This document shows, piece by piece, positions 39,529 through 48,581 of a DNA stretch of 64,000 nt. The notes beneath the pieces are model-generated. The model worked only from the letters and a program-made list of their open reading frames with translations, had not been told where the DNA came from and ran no database searches. A program made the translations under genes and the position numbers. Each line of letters starts with the position of its first letter. Positions within the stretch are counted from its first letter, which is position 1. The stretch is taken from assembly GCA_021793675.1 (NCBI GenBank), contig JAJYSG010000004.1, positions 2,536 to 66,535 of the forward strand. Reading direction: 5' to 3'. This stretch comes from Actinomycetes bacterium. GTDB taxonomy: Bacteria > Actinomycetota > Actinomycetes > Actinomycetales > Cellulomonadaceae.

Positions 39529-40113
39529 ATGAAGAGCACGAGACTGCCGCGCGCCCTGCTCGCGGTCGCACTTGCAGTGGGAATCGGGGCGGCCGCCGCC
39601 ACACCGGCTTCGGCCGCCGCAACGGGTGGTTCACCCGGGCAGGATTGCGGGTACTTCATCGAGACGGGCGCAACGGTGTGCGTGCCCCACGGCGCTGACC
39701 TCAACGGGGCAATCTACGCGCAGACAGGCAAGACGGTCGTCGAGATGTCGGCAAACGGCGTCACAGCGCTGACTGCGCCCGAATCAAAGCAAGCGTCATC
39801 GGGCATGACCGTAAGCCCGGCCTCGAACAGTTTCATCATTGGCAAGCTCTTCGACGACATCAACTACGGCGGCGGTTCCTACGAGATTCTCGCCAGTGGA
39901 CCATGCGCTTCCGGCACCCCAACGTGGTATCTCAACGACGTCGGATCCGCATGGTACGGCCGGGTGAGTTCGTTCCAGGGGTATTCGAACTGCAACGTCA
40001 CCATCTACGAGGGGACGTACCAGACCGGCGCACAACTCGGCCCACTCTCCTACTCGGCCTGGGTCGGTGCCGCGATGAACGACCGGACGAAGTCCGTCAA
40101 GCTGACCTACTGA
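39529..40113 (+). CDS. Secreted protein with C-terminal beta/gamma-crystallin-like (inhibitor I36-like) repeats
   Basis: Signal peptide ending PASA; LFDDINYGG...VSSF and IYEGTYQTG...MNDRTKSV Greek-key-like motifs; four Cys. Confidence 0.75.
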   Translation: MKSTRLPRALLAVALAVGIGAAAATPASAAATGGSPGQDCGYFIETGATVCVPHGADLNGAIYAQTGKTVVEMSANGVTALTAPESKQASSGMTVSPASNSFIIGKLFDDINYGGGSYEILASGPCASGTPTWYLNDVGSAWYGRVSSFQGYSNCNVTIYEGTYQTGAQLGPLSYSAWVGAAMNDRTKSVKLTY

Positions 40114-40397
40114 CGCGCTACCCGGCCTGAGTCGGTTCTGCCCGGGGCTGTTCCCGAGTCGCCGGGCAGAACCGACCGTCTCGCCACTGAACAGCCCGCT
40201 GCCCGAGCTCGCCCAAGTCCTCCTGCACCGCGAAGACCTCGGGGACCTGCCCGCCGACCTGGAGCTGCAGTGGCGAGACCGTGACATCGTCGCCCACCTG
40301 ACCGCATCTGCGTGACCGCCGCCGCCCCAGCTGTCTGCATCACCTGGCCACGCAAATGAGAGACACGCCCTAGCACCGGCGAGAGGGAGGGAGCGCC

Positions 40398-41216
40398 ATG
40401 AGCAAGGTCTGGTTCGTCACGGGCGCCTCGAGAGGCTTCGGACGGGTGTGGGCCACCGCCGCCCTGCAACGAGGCGACAGCGTCGCGCTCGCGGCACGGC
40501 GCCCTGCGGCGGTCCAGGACCTTGTCGACGCCTATCCGGACACCGCCCTGGCCGTGCGGCTCGACGTCACCGACCGCGAGCGCGTGTTCGCGGCCGTGCA
40601 GGAGGTGGTCGACCACTTCGGGCGGATCGACGTCGCGGCGAACAACGCCGGCTTCGGCCACTTCGGCATGGTCGAGGAGGCCACCGAGGAGGAGGTTCGC
40701 GCCCAGTTCGAGACGAACGTCTTCGGTGCGCTGTGGGTCACCCAGGCCGTCCTCCCGGTGCTGCGGGCGCAGCGGTCGGGCCACCTGCTGCAGACCTCGT
40801 CGCGGATGGGGGTCCAGGCGGTGCCCAACCTGGGCATCTACAACGCGTCCAAGTTCGCCCTCGAGGCCTTCTCCGATGCGTTGTCGCAGGAGGTGCGTGA
40901 TCTCGGGATCAAGGTCACGCTCATCGAACCGCAGGGCTACGCCACCGACTGGTCCAGTGTCTCAGCGCACCGGTCGGCCACGAACCCGGCGTACGACGAC
41001 TTCCGCGCCTGGCTCGCGGAGCATCCGACCACCGTGCCGCAGGGGCAGCCCGAGGCGACCGGTCGTGTGATCCTCGAGATCGTCGACATGGAGGAGCCTC
41101 CGCTGCGCGTCCTGTTCGGGCACGGCGCGGTCGAGCGGGTCGAGGCCGTCTACGCCGACCGGCTGCGGACGTGGGACGAGACGCGGCGGCTCAGCGAGCG
41201 CGCCGACCACCTGTGA
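40398..41216 (+). CDS. Short-chain dehydrogenase/reductase
   Basis: TGASRGFG, NNAG, YNASK. Confidence 0.95.
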   Translation: MSKVWFVTGASRGFGRVWATAALQRGDSVALAARRPAAVQDLVDAYPDTALAVRLDVTDRERVFAAVQEVVDHFGRIDVAANNAGFGHFGMVEEATEEEVRAQFETNVFGALWVTQAVLPVLRAQRSGHLLQTSSRMGVQAVPNLGIYNASKFALEAFSDALSQEVRDLGIKVTLIEPQGYATDWSSVSAHRSATNPAYDDFRAWLAEHPTTVPQGQPEATGRVILEIVDMEEPPLRVLFGHGAVERVEAVYADRLRTWDETRRLSERADHL

Positions 41217-41241
41217 CGACGGCCGGGCAGGCCGGTCCGGC

Positions 41242-41706
41242 TCAGGCGTGCTGGTCGGGGGCCTGCTCCGGCTGCACGGACCAGTCGGCGGGCTCGTCGT
41301 CGGTGTCGGCGTCGGCGATCGCCTTGGTCGGCTGCACCTTGCCCGGTGAGTGGTGCTGCGGGGCGTAGACCGTGTAGACCTGCATCGGCTCGTCGCCGAC
41401 GTTGGTGATGTTGTGCCAGCTGCCCGCCGGGACGGTGACGCACCAGCCGTCGGTCACCTCCTCGTCGAAGGTGAGCTCGTCCTTGGCCGGTCCCATCTGC
41501 GCGCGGCCGTGGCCGCGCTCGAGCCGGATGAACTGGTCGGTGTCCGGGTGCCGCTCCAGCCCGATGTCGTCGCCGACCGGGATGGACATGAGCGTGACCT
41601 GCAGGTACCTGCCGCTCCAGGCCACGGTGCGGTAGTTCGGGTTCGCGAGCGTCTCGGCCTCCAGGTCGAAGGCCTGGGGACGGGGACCGATGTCGGCGAT
41701 GGTCAT
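41242..41706 (-). CDS. Cupin domain protein
   Basis: QVTLMSIP, IGLERHPDTDQF, VPAGSWHN, YAPQHH; TACTGT-6nt-ATG. Confidence 0.92.
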   Translation of the reverse strand: MTIADIGPRPQAFDLEAETLANPNYRTVAWSGRYLQVTLMSIPVGDDIGLERHPDTDQFIRLERGHGRAQMGPAKDELTFDEEVTDGWCVTVPAGSWHNITNVGDEPMQVYTVYAPQHHSPGKVQPTKAIADADTDDEPADWSVQPEQAPDQHA

Positions 41707-41833
41707 GCTTGGACAGTAGCCGGGTGGGCGGAGGCCGGCCCGGCCGGGAGCGGTCGGATGCGACGCGGTGTTCGCGAGGCGCCGCCGGGCCGCGTCGGTG
41801 AGACTGCGGCATGACCCGAGGCACGGACGTCCG

Positions 41834-42835
41834 ATGAGGCAGGTCGCGGCGCGGTACCGCGCGAGCGGGGCCGACCTGCCGTTCGGCTCCCTCACGTCCC
41901 GGCACGGCGTGGCGATGGAGGGGTACTTCTGGCGCCTGACGGACCCTGCGGCGGGGCGGGTCGTGACGGCGCTGATCGGCGTGCAGCGATCGCGCCAGGG
42001 GCCGTGGGCCCTCGTCGGGCTGGGCGCCCATCCGGGACGGTTCTGGCGGCAGGACGTGCTGATGGACGCGCAGGCCAGGTCGCACGGTCCGGGTGCCCGG
42101 GCAGGGTCGGCCTTCGTCGCCGACGACCGGCGGATCCTCGTCGACCTCGGTCCGGACGCCCGCCTGGACGTCACCCTCGCCGATCTCGACCTCTGGCCGC
42201 GGAACCGCCCCTTCGGTGGGTCGAGCTGGTTCCAGATGGTCCCGGGGCTGAACCAGTACTGGCATCCATGGCTGCTCGGCGGCCGGGCCACCGGCACGGC
42301 GACGATCGACGGGGCGACGTGGCGGCTCGACGACGCCCAGGTGTACGCCGAGAAGAACTGGGGATCGGACGGGTTCCCGGACGCCTGGTGGTGGGGGCAG
42401 GCGCACGGCTTCGCAGAGCGGGACGCGTGCGTCGCGTTCGCCGGCGGCGAGGTGTCGGCCGGCCCGCTGCGGACCACCGTCACCGCCGTGGTGGTCCGGC
42501 TGCCCGGCGGCCCGCTGCTCCGCCTGGGCAACCCGGGGACCTCCCCGGTGCGCGCGACGACCAGTGACGGCAGCTGGCTGATCGCCGGCCGCACCCGCGC
42601 CTGGCACGTGCAGCTGGTCGGCCATGGCCACCCGGGCGATGCGCTGGTGCTGCCGGTGCCCCTGGTGGCGGAGCGCCGGGCGGTCCCCGGGGCGCTGGAG
42701 CACCTGGGCGCGACGCTGGACGTCCGCGTGCGGCACCACGGCCGGCTCGTCTGGGAGGGGACGAGCGGCCTGGCCGGCCTCGAGCACGGCGGCCTGGACC
42801 GGGCCGCCGCCGAGGCGCGCCGGCGGGAGCCGTGA
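41834..42835 (+). CDS. Tocopherol cyclase family protein
   Basis: EGYFWR and YAEKNWG..FPDAWWWGQ motifs resemble VTE1-family EGWYFR and EKNWG.FP..W.W.Q. Confidence 0.8.
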   Translation: MRQVAARYRASGADLPFGSLTSRHGVAMEGYFWRLTDPAAGRVVTALIGVQRSRQGPWALVGLGAHPGRFWRQDVLMDAQARSHGPGARAGSAFVADDRRILVDLGPDARLDVTLADLDLWPRNRPFGGSSWFQMVPGLNQYWHPWLLGGRATGTATIDGATWRLDDAQVYAEKNWGSDGFPDAWWWGQAHGFAERDACVAFAGGEVSAGPLRTTVTAVVVRLPGGPLLRLGNPGTSPVRATTSDGSWLIAGRTRAWHVQLVGHGHPGDALVLPVPLVAERRAVPGALEHLGATLDVRVRHHGRLVWEGTSGLAGLEHGGLDRAAAEARRREP

Positions 42836-42905
42836 TCAGGCGCACCGGCGGTGGGGGGAGGCCGTCACCTCACGGGGTGGTCCCCGCACCGACCGCGCGA
42901 CGTCG

Positions 42906-43576
<671 letters not shown>

Positions 43577-43580
<4 letters not shown>

Positions 43581-44710
43581 CGGTTGCCTCCCAGGGCGTT
43601 GAGGGGGTCGATCCGGGCGATGCGGACGACGGCGACGGCCGCGCCCACCATGCCCAGGGCCACGGTGAGGACGGTGGCGGCCGCGATGGGTCCGGCCTCG
43701 AGGGCGAACGGCATGGGGGTGGTGGAGATCGCCGCCCCGGCCGCCAGGCCCAGCCCGATGCCGAGCGCCGTGGCCGTCCCCAGCAGCACCGCGGACTGCA
43801 TCAGGCTGTCGCGCAGCAGGTAGCTCGTGCTGGCGCCCATCGCCCGCATGACGGCGATCTCCTGCTGGCGCTGGATCGTCAGCACGGTGAAGAAGGCGCC
43901 GACCACCAGGGCTGAGATGACGTAGAGGAAGGCCTCGATCATCTGCAGGGTCGAGGTCTCGGCGGTGTACCCGGGTGACGCACCGTAGGACTGCGCCTTC
44001 GTCAGCGAGGACGTGCCCGTGGCACGGTCGGCCGCCGCGAGGTCCGGACCGGCGCCCGCCTGGGCCTTCACCGCCACCGCGGTCACCTCGTGGTAGACCC
44101 GCGGCGGGACCGGGTCGCCCGGACGGACCCCGGCATGGATCTCCTGCCAGGTGCGCAGCGGCACGTAGCCCACCTCGACGTGACCGAAGGTCTGCTGGGT
44201 GGGCAGGATGCCGACCACGTGCAGCGCCGTGCCGAGCGGCTCGAGCGTCACCACGTCGCCGAGGTGGATGCCCTGCCTGGCCGCAGTCGCGCTGATCACC
44301 ACCTCGTCCGGGGCGCCGGTCAGCCGGGAGCCGCTGGCCACCGCGGGGTCGATGAACGACCCCGGTTCGACGCCGAACAGCGCCAGGTCGATCTCGAGGC
44401 CGCGGTTGGTCCGGGTGTTGACCAGGGTGTTCCCGAACGGCGCCGCCGCGGCGACGCCGTTCTGGTGCGCCCAGGCCGGCACCGCGTCGGTGGAGACCAC
44501 GCTGCGTGAGAACGCGGAGTCCTTCGTGACGTGCTGCTGGAACGCCAGTGACGTCACGGGCAGTCGCTGCAGCCCGGAGACGCCGTCGTTGGCCAGGCCC
44601 ACCGACAGCCCGCTGAGCAGCACCATGAGCATGGCGATGAGAACGACGACGGAGCCCATCAACGCGAAGCGTCCCCGGGCGAAGATCAGTTCGCGGGGGG
44701 CGAGGAACAT
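43577..44710 (-). CDS. FtsX/MacB-type ABC permease (HrtB-like)
   Basis: N-terminal TM, large external domain, EIAVMRAMGAS, three C-terminal TMs, IDPLNALG. Confidence 0.9.
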
Positions 44711-44729
44711 CTCAGTACCTCGCCGCAAG

Positions 44730-44777
44730 TTTTGTCGACACCATGTCGGGAACTATAACAACACCGTGTCGGCAAAA
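44730..44777. promoter_or_regulatory. Long inverted repeat with two CGACAC-type palindromic sites around -10 TATAGT; probable repressor operator
   Basis: TTTTGTCGACAC ... GTGTCGGCAAAA (11/12). Confidence 0.7.
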
Positions 44778-44865
44778 GTCCACCCGGCGTCGCGCCGACG
44801 GCCCCGCGCCCGGATCCCCGGGTTCCGCGTCGAGGTCGTCGGCGCGCCGCTGCGCGACTGAGCCG

Positions 44866-47031
44866 TCAGCCCGCGATCCGCCGCGACGGCCACCACATCG
44901 CGCGCCCGAGCTCCTGCCCGAGCGCGGGCACCAGCAGCGAGCGCACCAGCACCGTGTCGAGCAGCACGCCGAACGCCACGATGAACGCCAGCTGCAGCAG
45001 GAAGAGGATGGGGATCACCGCCAGGGCCGCGAACGTCGCGGCGAGCACCACGCCCGCCGAGGTGATGACGCCGCCGGTGATGCCGAGGCCCCGGGACATG
45101 CCCGCACGGGCGCCGGTGCGCAGCGCCTCCTCCCGCACCCGCGTCATGAGGAAGATGTTGTAGTCGATCCCCAGCGCGACGAGGAAGACGAAGCCGAACA
45201 GCGGCACCGCTGGGTCCGCCCCCGGCAGGTGCAGCACGTGGTTGAACACGACGGCGGAGATCCCCAGCGTCGCTCCGAACGACAGCACCACGGTGCCGAC
45301 CAGCAGCACCGGGGCGACGAGCGCCCGGAGCAGCAGCACGAGGATCACGAGGATCACCAGCAGCACCAACGGGATGATGAGGTTCCGGTCGTGCACCGAG
45401 GCGTGGTCGGAGTCCACCGCCGTGGCGGTCACCCCGCCCACCAGGGCGCCGGAACCGAGCTGGCTGCGCAGCTGGCGCACGGTGCTCTCCGCGGCGGCCG
45501 AGTCCGGCGCCTGAGCGAGGGTCGCCTCGAGCAGCACGTCACCGTGCGAGACGGTCGGTGCCGGCACGGGCGTCCCGGGGACCAGCGGCTGCACCCCGGC
45601 GGCGGTCACCGGCGCCTGACCGCTGGGGGAGCCGGCCGCCACCACGGCGACCGACGTCACGCCGTGCGACGCCAGCAAGGTCCCGGCCGCGGCCTGCAGC
45701 CGGTCCGCGGGGACGATCACCTGCACGGGGCTGCCGGAGCCCCCGGGGAAGTGCTCGGCGAGCTGCTGCTGACCGGTGCGCGCCTGCGAGCCGCCCAGCA
45801 CCAGGTCGCTGGCAGGCACGCCGCTGGCACGCAGCTGCAGCAGGCCCGCGCTGGCGACGAGCAGCACGACGACGCCCAGCAGCCACACCGGGCGCGACCG
45901 CCGTGCCACGAACCGCGGTACGCGCGCCCACAGGCCGGTGGTCGGCACGGGGTCCGCGCCGGCCTCGTCGGGCGCGAAGCGGGGCCGCCGCGGCCAGAAC
46001 GCCGCCCGGCCCAGCAGCAGGAGCAGCGACGGCAGCAGCGTCAGCGCGGCGAGCATCGCGAACACGATGCCGACGGCCGCGATCGGCCCGAGCGCGCGGT
46101 TCGACTGCAGCTCGCTGAGCAGCAGCATGAGCAGGCCGGCGACGACCGTGCCGCCCGAGGCGAGGATGGGCCCGACCGCGCCGCGCAGCGCCGCGCGCGT
46201 CGCGTCCCAGCGGTGCTCGTGCGCCCGCAGCGCCTCGCGGTACCGCGCGACGTAGAGCAGCGAGTAGTCGGTCGCCGCGCCGATCACCAGGATGAAGAGG
46301 ATGCCCTGCGTCTGGCCGCTGAGCGGGAACACGCCGGCCTTGGCCAGCCACCACACCGTCAGCAGGGCGGCCGTCAGCGCGAACGTGCTGGTGAGCAGCA
46401 CGACGAACGGCAGCAGCGGCGACCGGTACACCACCACGAGGATCACCAGCACGGCCAGCACGGCGACCAGCAGCAGGATGCCGTCGATCCCGCCGAACGC
46501 CGTCACCAGGTCGGCGGTGAACCCGGCCGGCCCGGTGACGTAGACGCTGGTGCCGGGCGGCACCAGGTGCGGCAGCGCGGTACGCATCGCCGCCACCGCG
46601 TCGCCGGTGGAGACCGACGCCGACACCGGGACGAACACCTGGGCCGCCGTGCCGTCCTGCGACAGGATCGGCGGGCTCGGCTGGCTGACGCCCGGGATGG
46701 CCGCCAGCGCGGCCGGGACCCGGTCCAGCTGGGCCCGCTGTGCGGTGGTCAGCGGCGAGCCGGACGTCACCAGCACCACCGCCGGGATCGTGTCCCCGCC
46801 GAGGAACGCGGGCAGCCGCCGCTGCACCTGGGTGGCCTGGGCGCTCGTCGGCAGGTAGGCGGTCGGGTCGTTCGACGAGACCTCGCCGACCCGTCCGAAG
46901 TACGGACCACCGACGCCGGCGACGGCGAGCCAGACGAGCACGATCAGCGCCGGCAGCACCGCGCGCAGCACCCGTGCGGTGCGGTGGCGCGCGGACGGCG
47001 TCCGGGTGGGCGGCGGGTCCAGGCGGGTCAT
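44866..47031 (-). CDS. MMPL family transporter in carotenoid operon
   Basis: GAATDY and ALGIDYNIFL motifs, two-repeat topology; ATGA overlap with crtEb. Confidence 0.93.
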   Translation of the reverse strand: MTRLDPPPTRTPSARHRTARVLRAVLPALIVLVWLAVAGVGGPYFGRVGEVSSNDPTAYLPTSAQATQVQRRLPAFLGGDTIPAVVLVTSGSPLTTAQRAQLDRVPAALAAIPGVSQPSPPILSQDGTAAQVFVPVSASVSTGDAVAAMRTALPHLVPPGTSVYVTGPAGFTADLVTAFGGIDGILLLVAVLAVLVILVVVYRSPLLPFVVLLTSTFALTAALLTVWWLAKAGVFPLSGQTQGILFILVIGAATDYSLLYVARYREALRAHEHRWDATRAALRGAVGPILASGGTVVAGLLMLLLSELQSNRALGPIAAVGIVFAMLAALTLLPSLLLLLGRAAFWPRRPRFAPDEAGADPVPTTGLWARVPRFVARRSRPVWLLGVVVLLVASAGLLQLRASGVPASDLVLGGSQARTGQQQLAEHFPGGSGSPVQVIVPADRLQAAAGTLLASHGVTSVAVVAAGSPSGQAPVTAAGVQPLVPGTPVPAPTVSHGDVLLEATLAQAPDSAAAESTVRQLRSQLGSGALVGGVTATAVDSDHASVHDRNLIIPLVLLVILVILVLLLRALVAPVLLVGTVVLSFGATLGISAVVFNHVLHLPGADPAVPLFGFVFLVALGIDYNIFLMTRVREEALRTGARAGMSRGLGITGGVITSAGVVLAATFAALAVIPILFLLQLAFIVAFGVLLDTVLVRSLLVPALGQELGRAMWWPSRRIAG

Positions 47032-47954
47032 GAGCGTCCCATCGTGATGAGGATCAGGGTGACGAGGAAGCCGACGACGTAGTTGACGGCCAGGAAGCGG
47101 CGCCAGCCGCCGTGCGCGGCGGCGGAGCTCTCGTCGGCCACCGACCGGTACGGCCAGGCCAGGGCCAGGTAGGGCACGACGAGCGGCGCCGCGAGCAGCC
47201 CGGGGAAGGGCTCCGCGAGCAGCAGCACGCCCGCGGCCGCCCAGAGCGTCAGGGCGAGCCGCACGGTGCGGGCGGCCCCGAGCGCCGTCGCGACCGAGGC
47301 GAGCCCCGCCTGGCGGTCCGGCACCACGTCCTGCACCGCACCGAACGCCTGCGCGGCGACGCCCCACAGGAAGAACGCGACGAGCGCGAGCACCGCCGGC
47401 CGGCTCCAGACACCCCCCGCGAGGACCAGGCCGTAGACGGCGGGGCCGGTGAAGTGCGTGCTCGAGGTCCGCGAGTCGAGCACGGGCCGCTCCTTGAACC
47501 GCAGCCCCGGAACCGAGTAGGCGGCGACGGCGAGCAGCGACACCGCCAGCACCGCCCACGACGCCGGTCCCCCGAGCGCGACGAGCACCGCGACGAACGG
47601 GACGCAGGCGGCCACCGCTGCGACGAGCACCTGCCGGTGCACACCCGGCTCGAGCAGGGCACCTTCGACGCCGCCCTTGCGCGGGTTCGCCGCGTCGGAC
47701 GCGTAGTCGAACACGTCGTTGATCCCATACATCGCGAGGTTGTACGGCACCAGGAAGAAGGCGGTGCCGAGTGCGAGCACCCACGTCACGCCGCCGCCGG
47801 CGAGCAGGTAGGCGGCGGCGAACGGGTAGGCGGTGTTCACCCAGCTCAGCGGCCGGGAGGCGGCCAGCAGCCGCCGCGCCAGGGCACTACCCGCCACGGC
47901 TCGCCCCACGCCCGGCGTGGTGGACGTCGTCGTGGCCGGCGTCGTGCTCGGCAT
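47028..47954 (-). CDS. crtEb: Lycopene elongase (UbiA-family prenyltransferase)
   Basis: SRPLSWVNTAYPF, YGINDVFDY, NPRKGGVEG, AVQDV; start uncertain. Confidence 0.9.
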   Translation of the reverse strand: MPSTTPATTTSTTPGVGRAVAGSALARRLLAASRPLSWVNTAYPFAAAYLLAGGGVTWVLALGTAFFLVPYNLAMYGINDVFDYASDAANPRKGGVEGALLEPGVHRQVLVAAVAACVPFVAVLVALGGPASWAVLAVSLLAVAAYSVPGLRFKERPVLDSRTSSTHFTGPAVYGLVLAGGVWSRPAVLALVAFFLWGVAAQAFGAVQDVVPDRQAGLASVATALGAARTVRLALTLWAAAGVLLLAEPFPGLLAAPLVVPYLALAWPYRSVADESSAAAHGGWRRFLAVNYVVGFLVTLILITMGRS

Positions 47955-48261
47955 GCTTCCTCCGGCGGGTCAGCTCCCACACGCCCGGCAGCAGCAGGGC
48001 GGTGGCCAGGGGATAGGAGAAGTCCTCGAGCGGCGCGCGCCCGAGGTGCAGCCCGGACGCGTGGGCGCGCGCGAAGTCGTCGACGCCCACCGCCAGCATG
48101 ACGTTGTCGACCACCGCCGTCATCACCAGCAGCACCGCGAGCGCCACCGCGGTGGGCGCGATCCCGATGGGCCGGCCGCGTCGTCGGGCCACGACCGCGG
48201 CCAGCAGGCGCACGGCGGCGGCGACGGCGACCAGGCCGAGCGCGAGCGTCGGGTAGCTCAT
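47887..48261 (-). CDS. C50 carotenoid cyclase subunit (CrtYf/Yh-like)
   Basis: MTAVVDNVM, APLEDFSY. Confidence 0.88.
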   Translation of the reverse strand: MSYPTLALGLVAVAAAVRLLAAVVARRRGRPIGIAPTAVALAVLLVMTAVVDNVMLAVGVDDFARAHASGLHLGRAPLEDFSYPLATALLLPGVWELTRRRKHAEHDAGHDDVHHAGRGASRGG

Positions 48262-48581
48262 GGCGACACCTTGCGCGGCAGTGCGCGCTGCGCGCCGCGC
48301 ACCAGCAGCACCGTCAAGCAGCAGAGGAAGGCGAGGAACACCGGCTCCTCGAGCGGCAGCTCCGGCGCCAGCAGCACGCCGGTCATCACGCGGCTCGGGA
48401 CGCGGAAGAACAGCCCGTGCGAGATCCCGACGAGGTCGGCGGCGAGCAGCACCGCGACCCCGACGGCGGCGACGACCGCCGCCCGCAGCGCGTCGTGCCA
48501 GAACAGCAGCCGCCACCGCCGGTCGACCAGCACCAGGCCGCCGCCGGAGACGAGCAGGGCCGTCAGGTAGGCCGCCCTCAC
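48258..48581 (-). CDS. C50 carotenoid cyclase subunit (CrtYe/Yg-like)
   Basis: DRRWRL, APELPLEE. Confidence 0.88.
   Translation of the reverse strand: MRAAYLTALLVSGGGLVLVDRRWRLLFWHDALRAAVVAAVGVAVLLAADLVGISHGLFFRVPSRVMTGVLLAPELPLEEPVFLAFLCCLTVLLVRGAQRALPRKVSP

Larger units (their letters stand above)
37183..40369. mobile_element. Composite IS5-type element with ECF sigma cargo
   Basis: CTAG-GGCGTGTCTC at 37179-37192 and GAGACACGCC-CTAG at 40360-40373; transposase 3' remnant at 40315-40359. Confidence 0.8.

Noticed and set aside
40170-40314. Protein-like fragment (…LPELAQVLLHREDLGDLPADLELQWRDRDIVAHLTASA*) inside the composite element
   Set aside because: No start codon or recognisable family; at most a truncated remnant.
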